DNA from: an uncultured Gammaproteobacteria bacterium
GTDB taxonomy: Bacteria > Patescibacteriota > Patescibacteriia > UBA1558 > GWA2-36-10
DNA: 64,000 nt
Assembly (NCBI GenBank): GCA_964633905.1
Contig: CAZWIT010000003.1
Span: 3,193 to 67,192 of the forward strand
Direction of reading: 5' to 3'
The translations under genes were made by a program, and so were the position numbers. The notes under the pieces were generated by a model. It had not been told where the DNA came from and made no database searches. It worked only from the letters and a program-made list of their open reading frames with translations. This document shows positions 57,691-64,000 of the stretch, piece by piece (within the stretch, counting starts at the first letter, position 1; each line of letters opens with the position of its first letter).

Positions 57691-58053
57691 TTAGAGAGAC
57701 TTTTGTTTACAACTCATGCAAGCCATAGCTGAAGGAAAGGCCTCTAGACGCTTAGGATCAATCGGCTTATTACATTTCTCGCAAAGACCGTAATTGCCAT
57801 TATCAATTTTTTCAATAGCCTTATTAACGTTATATAAAGAAATCTCTAAAGTTTTTTCCATTGATAGATTTTTCTCAAAATCAGCTACCTCGGCTGCATT
57901 TTCGTCTTCTTTTTCACCATAGTCAACGAATTTGGCACTATAGTCATTATCAGTCACCTGTACAGTATCAACATTAAGCTCTTTAATAAGCTCAGATCGA
58001 CGACTTTCTAGATCTGCCCGACGGGCAGCAATAAATTTTGCATCAAATTTCAT
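57691..58053 (-). CDS. TraR/DksA C4 zinc-finger protein
   Basis: AIEKIDNGNYGLCEKC..I..KRLEAFP..ACMSC. Confidence 0.9.
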   Translation of the reverse strand: MKFDAKFIAARRADLESRRSELIKELNVDTVQVTDNDYSAKFVDYGEKEDENAAEVADFEKNLSMEKTLEISLYNVNKAIEKIDNGNYGLCEKCNKPIDPKRLEAFPSAMACMSCKQKSL

Positions 58054-58117
58054 ATCTTTTTAAATACCCTGATATAATAACAGCTTTTAATCAAAAAATC
58101 AAGGTTTTTTGGGCAAA

Positions 58118-58496
58118 TTGAAAAGGCGCATCCAGAGACACCCCAACATAAATTTTGTTTGTGGGCCGTAATGCGCCTCTGATGTATTCACTAATACTTC
58201 TGCTCGAGTATATGTTACTCGAAAAATTTTGTAAGTTTAAAATTGGCTAGAAGATATTATGTTGTAAACACATCACGTTTCCTTTTCTGACTCAAGGAAT
58301 TTTGTCCATTTTACCATTCTATGGTATCGGCTTCTAGTCTAGGACTAAGAGCGAACCTTTTTATATTTTTGTTTTTGTTTTTTTTGACAAAGCGGTCAGG
58401 GCGCTTCAAATTTGTAGAATAGTACAATGGAAAGATTTAGATATAAATAAATTTATATGCAAATCCTTAAATTTTTTAAAGATCTTACTTATCAAC
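58118..58496 (-). ncRNA. Candidate large structured ncRNA (about 380 nt)
   Basis: Consensus promoter upstream, boxA-like GATCTTTAAAAA, nested stems, terminal hairpin plus Ts, no ORF in the track. Confidence 0.5.
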
Positions 58497-58502
58497 ATTC
58501 TA

Positions 58503-58531
58503 ATTATATCATATAATAGATAAAGTGTCAA
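58503..58531 (-). promoter_or_regulatory. Consensus sigma70 promoter
   Basis: TTGACA-17 bp-TATAAT with extended -10 TG. Confidence 0.8.
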
Positions 58532-58622
58532 CGATAAATTAACGCTAATGTTAGATAAAATTTGATATATTTTTCATAACTGTTGACAAATTAAAATAAA
58601 AACACCAAAAGATATTAACAAG

Positions 58623-58631
58623 TTATCCACA
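58623..58631 (+). promoter_or_regulatory. DnaA box
   Basis: Exact TTATCCACA; weaker variants at 58489 and 58581. Confidence 0.4.
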
Positions 58632-58710
58632 CCGTATAGTCGCTTTGCTCTTTACAGTGCCAGCACACTTCAAAAAAGATATAAAGTTATAAATATTGAT
58701 TATATTAAAG

Positions 58711-58822
58711 AAAAAACCAGCTCGTAGAGCTGGGGGGCGGCAAGTCTCTTGATAGCAGAGCTATCATTGTAGGCGTCCCACTAACGCCTCGTTGTTCGGT
58801 GTAGTTTACCTACTCTTACCGT
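58711..58822 (-). ncRNA. Candidate multibranched small RNA (about 110 nt) with terminator
   Basis: TTGACA-17-TAAACT promoter (58857-58829); closing stem, three hairpins, then CCAGCTC-TAC-GAGCTGG-TTTTTT. Confidence 0.55.
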
Positions 58823-58863
58823 AATAAGAGTTTATAAAATACACCTTAAAATGTCAATATAAT

Positions 58864-60225
58864 CTAAAAACAAGCTTGCCAACCTATTTTTTCTTCATCC
58901 TGATAAGAGAATATAGTTAAATTAGTTACTCCCTTTGCTTCTAAAAGTCCTTTTAAGCTAGATTCTTCTAAACTATCGGCATTTAATAACAGTAAATCAT
59001 TAATTTGTAGCTTGCTGCTTGAGCAAGATTTCAGCAAATCAATTAATTTTACCTGACTAGCAATACTTTTCTCAATTATACTGGCTTGATTACTCAAATA
59101 ATAAGCCTCATTATTACCCCAGCCATACAAATTACCTATTTGCCAGTACTCTTGATCTCGATAATTATGAATTTGATTAGTGGGGGCATCTTCCATTTCA
59201 TAAGCAGTATAAGAAGTTTTATCAGGTAATAGTTTTTTTACCTCTTTTAGTTTAAAATCGGGTACGAGCTTAGCAGCCACTGCTTGCCAATCACTTAAAG
59301 ATAATAATAACCAGCCATCTTTATTCTTGATAATAAAACTACCCCTAAAAATAAGCTTACCTAGCTCCTCTTGCGAAATATTATAATATGGCAAATCTGG
59401 AAATAAATTGCTCAAAAAATATTGATTAATTAAATTTTGTTCTTCTTCATTTAAAGCACTAGAAAAACCAACGGCCAGATTACTATCATAAGGCACTAAC
59501 ACTTGATTAGGCCAGCTATAAGTAGAACTGGCATTTATTAAACGCCTTAACTTGTTCTGCCAAACATTAAAACTAAGTTTATTATTTTTAAGAACCTTCA
59601 AATTAGCATAAACGCTAGGATTTTCCGGGGCGATTTGCAACCACTTTGATAGTTCTGACAAGAATTCCGGAGCTGAATTTGTTTGCCAATAAATATTAAT
59701 GCCCGCATTAATACTAGTTTCTGCTAATAATGGCTCTGCGGCTGGCACTACCGCCTCTTTATCCTTAGCATAAACAAGTAAAACATCTTTTGCTAAAAGC
59801 TGATAATTAAACTCCGGTTTAATAGTAACTAAATTCTTGAGTACAGCCTTAGCATTATCAAGTCTTAACAGATAATAATCTGCTTTATTATCTTTAAGTT
59901 TAAACCAAATAACTTCTTCTGCCTGTGGCCAAGCATCTCCTAGTAAATTACTCAAAAATTGCTGCTGTTTGTTTGGCTCTTCTGATTTAATAATAGGCAA
60001 AGACTCTAAAATTTTATTATCTAAAAGATCGCGACTAGACCATTGCCAATAAAAACTAGTATTAGCTGGTAAATATTTTAAAGTAAAGCTAGCGCCACTT
60101 GGTGTCCAACGCATTAATAAAAATAAAAGCAATAAAAAAACCGGCAAAGCTAAAAAATATTTAACTTTAGAAAAATGCCGGTAATTTTTTACTTTTTCTT
60201 GCCAAGACACTTTTAATTTAAACAA
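58864..60225 (-). CDS. Hypothetical membrane-anchored protein
   Basis: N-terminal TM helix then YLPANT motif; begins immediately after the pnp stop. Confidence 0.7.
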   Translation of the reverse strand: MFKLKVSWQEKVKNYRHFSKVKYFLALPVFLLLLFLLMRWTPSGASFTLKYLPANTSFYWQWSSRDLLDNKILESLPIIKSEEPNKQQQFLSNLLGDAWPQAEEVIWFKLKDNKADYYLLRLDNAKAVLKNLVTIKPEFNYQLLAKDVLLVYAKDKEAVVPAAEPLLAETSINAGINIYWQTNSAPEFLSELSKWLQIAPENPSVYANLKVLKNNKLSFNVWQNKLRRLINASSTYSWPNQVLVPYDSNLAVGFSSALNEEEQNLINQYFLSNLFPDLPYYNISQEELGKLIFRGSFIIKNKDGWLLLSLSDWQAVAAKLVPDFKLKEVKKLLPDKTSYTAYEMEDAPTNQIHNYRDQEYWQIGNLYGWGNNEAYYLSNQASIIEKSIASQVKLIDLLKSCSSSKLQINDLLLLNADSLEESSLKGLLEAKGVTNLTIFSYQDEEKIGWQACF

Positions 60226-62448
60226 TTAACGTTTAAAAAATGGTTTACGACCAGAGCCGCTAGCTGCTGGACGTCTCATCGGACGGCTATCTTGCTCTGT
60301 CCAACCTTCTGGCTTAGGTAATAAATCCTTAATAGATAAACTGACGCGATTATTTGCCTTATCAACGTCTACTACTTTTACTTTAACGGTGTCACCGATA
60401 TTAATTTGGTCAGTAATTTTAGCAATGCGTGTATAAGATACTTGAGAAATATGAACCATGCCATCTTTACCAGGCACAAGCTCTACAATTGCGCCAATTT
60501 CACTACCACTATTTCTATCTTTGATAATCTGAGTGACCTTGCCTTCATAAATTTCTCCCACTTCAATCTCTTTAACAATATTTTCAATCCAAGTTTTAGC
60601 TTTTTGTGCCCCTTCGCTATTAACAGAAGTGATTAACACTAAACCATCTTGTTCAATGTCAATTTGTACGCCACATTTATCAATAATCTCATTAATAATC
60701 TTACCGCCAGTGCCAATAACTTCTCTGATTTTTTCTGGATCAATCCGTAAAGTAATAATTCGAGGAGCATATTGAGAAAGTTCACTACGAGGAGCAGTGA
60801 TTGCTTTAGCCATGACTTCCAAAACTTTCATCCGAGCAACTCTGGCTTTGGTAATTGTCTCTTTAACAACATTATAAGAAATGCCGCCAAGCTTAATATC
60901 AAGTTGAATAGCAGTAATACCAGCTTCGGTGCCGGCTACTTTAAAATCCATATGACCAGAGTGGTCTTCGATGCCTTGAATGTCAGTCAAAATTTGATAT
61001 TTATTTGGGTCTTTGTCATCTACTACTAAACCCATGGCAATACCGGCAACTGGTGCTTTGATTGGCACACCAGCGTCCATTAAAGACAAAGTAGAACCAC
61101 AGATAGAGGCCTGTGAAGAAGAGCCATTGGAACCCAAAACTTCAGACACAACTCTAATAGTATAAGGAAAGTCCGCTCCGTCTGGTAAAACTGCTACTAA
61201 GGCTTTTTCAGCTAGAGCACCATGACCAATTTCTCTACGTCCTGGACCACGCAAAGGTTTAACTTCACCAGTAGAATAACCGGGGAAGTTGTAGTGGTGC
61301 ATATATTTTTTAGTACCCGACTCTTCCATACTGTCTAAAGTCTGCTCGTCTCCAGGTGCACCTAAGGTTACTACTGAAAGCACCTGGGTTTCACCACGAG
61401 AAAACAAAGCGCTGCCATGAGTACGTGGCAAAATAGCTACTTCAGCTGACAAGGGACGAATTTCATCAAAAGCTCTATTGTCTGGTCTTTTATTTTTTTC
61501 TAAAACCAAAGTTTTAAAAGTTTTTTCTAAGACCTGATCAAGCATAGCAATGCCCATGGCCCTAGCATCTTTAGAAACTTCATTATCAACTTTTAAAACC
61601 TGATCTAATTCTGTTTTTACTTCTTCAATAGCCGCTTTCATCTTAGACTTATCGGCTTGAAAACAATTATCTAAATTTTTAGTAGCCAAAAAAGTTTGGA
61701 CTTTATCCGTAACCAACTTGCGAATGGCAGCTTTTTCTGGATCAATGCTCGCTTCTTGTTTAGGAAGGCCAACTTCTTTGATAATTTTTTCAATAAAAGG
61801 CAAAATCTTTTGGATATGTTTACCAGCAAACTCAATGGCTTCAATCATCACTGCTTCTGGCACTTGTTTAGCACCAGCTTCAATCATAACTACTTGATCT
61901 TTGACACCAGCTACTAATAAATCAAAGTCGCTTTTTTGTCTAGCTTCAACACTAGGATTGATTACCCATTCCGAACCAATTCTACCAATCTTAATACCAG
62001 CCAAAGGCCCACCCCAAGTAATAGGAGAAATGCCCAAAGCTATTGAGGCGGCAATTAAACTAGGAAAATCAGGCTCATTAATACCATCATAAGACAAAAC
62101 CGTAACCACAACCTGCACGTCATTACGTTGACTCTCCTTAAATAAGGGACGGATGGAACGATCAATCAAACGAGCGGTCAAAATTGCATCATCTGTAGCC
62201 CTGCCTTCGCGTTTAATAAAACGGGAACCCTTAATCTTACCAGCCGCATACAATCTCTCCTCATAATCAACCATGAGTGGGAAATAATCTATACCCTCGC
62301 GTGGCGAGGAAGAAGAAACTGCTGTAGCTAAAACTACGGTTTCACCATAAGTGACCGTACAAGAACCTTGAGCCTGCTGAGCTAATTTGCCAACTTCAAC
62401 ACTTAACTCAATTCCGGCAACTTCGGTACTAAATTTTTTTACCGACAT
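60226..62448 (-). CDS. pnp: Polyribonucleotide nucleotidyltransferase (PNPase)
   Basis: FPLMVDYEE, RLIDRSIRPLF, RREIGHG, SNGSSSQAS, MDFKVAGT, KH and S1 domains. Confidence 0.97.
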   Translation of the reverse strand: MSVKKFSTEVAGIELSVEVGKLAQQAQGSCTVTYGETVVLATAVSSSSPREGIDYFPLMVDYEERLYAAGKIKGSRFIKREGRATDDAILTARLIDRSIRPLFKESQRNDVQVVVTVLSYDGINEPDFPSLIAASIALGISPITWGGPLAGIKIGRIGSEWVINPSVEARQKSDFDLLVAGVKDQVVMIEAGAKQVPEAVMIEAIEFAGKHIQKILPFIEKIIKEVGLPKQEASIDPEKAAIRKLVTDKVQTFLATKNLDNCFQADKSKMKAAIEEVKTELDQVLKVDNEVSKDARAMGIAMLDQVLEKTFKTLVLEKNKRPDNRAFDEIRPLSAEVAILPRTHGSALFSRGETQVLSVVTLGAPGDEQTLDSMEESGTKKYMHHYNFPGYSTGEVKPLRGPGRREIGHGALAEKALVAVLPDGADFPYTIRVVSEVLGSNGSSSQASICGSTLSLMDAGVPIKAPVAGIAMGLVVDDKDPNKYQILTDIQGIEDHSGHMDFKVAGTEAGITAIQLDIKLGGISYNVVKETITKARVARMKVLEVMAKAITAPRSELSQYAPRIITLRIDPEKIREVIGTGGKIINEIIDKCGVQIDIEQDGLVLITSVNSEGAQKAKTWIENIVKEIEVGEIYEGKVTQIIKDRNSGSEIGAIVELVPGKDGMVHISQVSYTRIAKITDQINIGDTVKVKVVDVDKANNRVSLSIKDLLPKPEGWTEQDSRPMRRPAASGSGRKPFFKR

Positions 62449-62465
62449 ATTTTTACCTTTCTGAT

Positions 62466-62568
62466 GGTAAAAGACAGGCTAATTTTAAGTTGATTTGACA
62501 AATTTCAGCCTAAAAATATTTTAAGCTCAAATCTGCCAACCAACCTGACGACAAAACTGCTTTTACCC
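62466..62568 (-). promoter_or_regulatory. Long hairpin in the pnp leader
   Basis: GGTAAAAG..CTTTTACC outer stem plus an inner ~15-bp stem with minus-strand G-U pairs. Confidence 0.5.
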
Positions 62569-62639
62569 TAATTAAAATTTTATAAATATTATTTTTAAAG
62601 ACCCTGGGCCTAATATAAAGCTACAGGGTCTTATCAAAA

Positions 62640-62996
62640 TTATTCTTTAGTATCAACTTCCTCAATCGGATCTTTATCGATTTGAGCTTCTAGAATCAAA
62701 ACTTCTTCTAGATCTTTTCTTTCTTTTTTAGCAAACTTCAAACCCAAAGTTTTGATTAATTTACTAAAACGTTTTTCATCTTCTCTTTCTAAATAACGTA
62801 AGAGATGGTGACGTAAAGATACTTTAGCCAGTAAACCCCTGCGAGAAGAAAAATCCTTTTTATTCTCTTTTAAATGCTTGGTCAAATCCTTGATTTCTTC
62901 GGTTAGAATGGCTACCTGCACTTCTGGAGAACCAGTGTCATTTTTATGAGTTTTGAATTTCTCAATAATCCTCTGTTTCTTTTTTTTATCTAACAT
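62640..62996 (-). CDS. rpsO: 30S ribosomal protein S15 with acidic C-terminal extension
   Basis: HKNDTGSPEVQVAILT, KDFSSRRGLL; rpsO-pnp synteny. Confidence 0.96.
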   Translation of the reverse strand: MLDKKKKQRIIEKFKTHKNDTGSPEVQVAILTEEIKDLTKHLKENKKDFSSRRGLLAKVSLRHHLLRYLEREDEKRFSKLIKTLGLKFAKKERKDLEEVLILEAQIDKDPIEEVDTKE

Positions 62997-63009
62997 TTTA
63001 CTTTTCCTT

Positions 63010-63070
63010 TCCCCTAAATCCTAGCCTAGGCTCTAAGTTAGTTAGTCAGCCTAAACCAAGTGTTTGGGAT
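63010..63070 (-). promoter_or_regulatory. Structured rpsO leader (candidate S15 autoregulatory element)
   Basis: TTGGTTTAGGCT / AGCCTAGGCTAG stem with G-U pairs just upstream of the start. Confidence 0.45.
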
Positions 63071-63148
63071 AAAAATAATTATTAAAGTAATAACAGACTA
63101 ACATTTTTAAAGAAAAAAGTCAATTCTAGAGCTTAAAATACTATAATA

Positions 63149-63177
63149 TTGACAAAATAAGGTAAATATGATATAAT
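63149..63177 (+). promoter_or_regulatory. Consensus sigma70 promoter
   Basis: TTGACA-17 bp-TATAAT with extended -10 TG. Confidence 0.8.
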
Positions 63178-63241
63178 ATAAATATTAACTATTAGGAGCT
63201 CTCTCCTAATAAATTATTCACCCCGTCGAAAGCGAGTTGTC

Positions 63242-63415
63242 ATGTTCGATCGTTTCGCCAACAACTACGGCTACGGCGCGCAGCACGACATGGAGCGGGG
63301 AATGCTGGACTCCTGGTCCAGGATGCCCTTGCCCATCTTGATCGCCGTGACTGTCGCCTTCGTCGCTGGCCTGGGCCTGTGGCTCTGCCACGAGCTCCAT
63401 CTCTTCGGGATGTGA
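63242..63415 (+). CDS. GC-rich small single-TM protein (57 aa), not in the ORF track
   Basis: MFDRFANNYGYGAQHDMERGMLDSWSRMPLPILIAVTVAFVAGLGLWLCHELHLFGM*. Most codons end in G/C; flanked by a promoter and a terminator. Confidence 0.65.
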   Translation: MFDRFANNYGYGAQHDMERGMLDSWSRMPLPILIAVTVAFVAGLGLWLCHELHLFGM

Positions 63416-63446
63416 GCGTCTCCGGTCGTAAAACTCCACTGCGGTG

Positions 63447-63477
63447 GAGAGAGAGCCTGACCAGCTCTCTCTTTTTT
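63447..63477 (+). terminator. Intrinsic terminator
   Basis: AGAGAGAGC-loop-GCTCTCTCT followed by Ts. Confidence 0.75.
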
Positions 63478-63499
63478 ATTTAAAAACACTACTCCTACA

Positions 63500-63629
63500 G
63501 TCATCCTGAATTTATTTCCCACGGCCCGCCAAAGGCGGAGCCTCGCAGAATGCGGGGCGAGCAGGATCTCCAAATATAAATATAGCTATTTGGAGATGCC
63601 GAATCCGCCAGCCGGCGGATCGGCATGAC
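63500..63629. repeat. Composite REP-like element with nested palindromes
   Basis: GTCATCCTGAA..CAGGATCT / AGATGCCGAA..TCGGCATGAC arms, interrupted by CCGCCAAAGGCGG and TCCGCCAGCCGGCGGA palindromes. Confidence 0.65.
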
Positions 63630-63655
63630 GGTAGTGTCGTTTTATGATAAAATTA

Positions 63656-63710
63656 ACCCTGTTAAATAGTCCCGCCTTGCGGGACTGCCGCGAGCGGCAT
63701 TTAACAGGGT
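63656..63710. mobile_element. MITE/REP-like inverted-repeat element, copy 4 (55 bp, minimal)
   Basis: ACCCTGTTAAAT-AGTCCCGCCTTGCGGGACT-GCCGCGAGCGGC-ATTTAACAGGGT. Confidence 0.75.
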
Positions 63711-63716
63711 AAAAAC

Positions 63717-64000
63717 ATGAATAAACTTGATTTAAAAAAATACCAAGCTTATCTAAAGCTCCGTGGCCTAAAAAGCATTACTATTAAAAACTACCTTTGG
63801 CATGTTTCTAAATTTTTGCTGTGGCAACAAAATCAAGACCCTAAAAAAATTAATATTAGCAAATACCAAAGCCTGCAACTCAAAACTAAAAAAAATATTG
63901 GCAGTTTAAACTTGCATTTTACTATTTTAAATGATTATTTAAAATTTATTAAAAATAAAAACCAATTTAAACTACTATCCAAACCCTTTATTCCTAAAAA
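63717..64000 (+). CDS. Tyrosine recombinase (XerC/D-like) N-terminal SAM-like domain, 3'-truncated by window edge
   Basis: MNKLDLKKYQAYLKLRGLKSITIKNYLWHVSKFL...SLNLHFTILNDYLKFI resembles the integrase core-binding domain; the catalytic domain is not in the window. Confidence 0.6.
   Translation, partial: MNKLDLKKYQAYLKLRGLKSITIKNYLWHVSKFLLWQQNQDPKKINISKYQSLQLKTKKNIGSLNLHFTILNDYLKFIKNKNQFKLLSKPFIPK

Noticed and set aside
58118-58496. tmRNA or RNase P RNA
   Set aside because: The size fits, but no tRNA-Ala-like termini or RNase P P4 signature was found on either strand by eye.
616-62092. Many short ORFs antisense to or nested in long genes (e.g. 1503-1829, 3864-4259, 19767-20204, 26119-26493, 46583-46861)
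   Set aside because: They overlap well-supported genes and have no recognisable motifs or expression signals.
63218-63573. Two minus-strand ORFs (73 and 100 aa)
   Set aside because: They are shadows of the GC-rich plus-strand ORF and repeats; the promoter, terminator and TM helix all support the plus strand.
11010-63710. IR elements as integron attC sites or CRISPR repeats
   Set aside because: The core sites are in the reverse order to attC, there is no cassette array, the copies are 15-19 kb apart, and no cas genes or regular spacers are present.
1-64000. Alternative genetic code (UGA=Gly, as in Gracilibacteria/Absconditabacteria)
   Set aside because: Long conserved genes translate intact under code 11 with no in-frame TGA breaks.

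Overview
AT-rich bacterial chromosomal window read with genetic code 11. Gene content and style (VirB2-like pilins with cargo domains, a PrgI/VirB4/VirB6 cluster, a 2957-aa Cys-rich surface protein, tRNA-Ile(UAU), few Shine-Dalgarno sites) point to a Patescibacteria/CPR (Parcubacteria-like) genome; this assignment is inference. Housekeeping genes: recG, efp, rpsF-ssb-rpsR, rsmA, tsaC, leuS, infB-rbfA, nrnA, clpP, rny-ymdB-HU, comM, lspA, pnp, rpsO, six tRNAs, and the start of a tyrosine recombinase. Most notable: (1) a T4SS-like system with two pilin-cargo fusions sharing an exactly identical 149-bp core, one carrying an intact M15 peptidoglycan peptidase; (2) four dispersed ACCCTGTTAAAT...ATTTAACAGGGT inverted-repeat elements (132, 134, 132 and 55 bp) with unrelated interiors, three sharing a Y-shaped architecture, all next to gene starts or promoters; (3) promoter-driven, structured, ORF-free units (about 380 nt and 110 nt at 58.1-58.8 kb, about 130 nt and 250 nt before rny) and a terminator/antiterminator leader on comM; (4) REP-like palindromes at tRNA 3' ends; (5) a GC-rich small membrane-protein gene. 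No CRISPR array, rRNA, transposase or reverse transcriptase was seen. All calls come from reading the sequence; no searches or folding programs were run.
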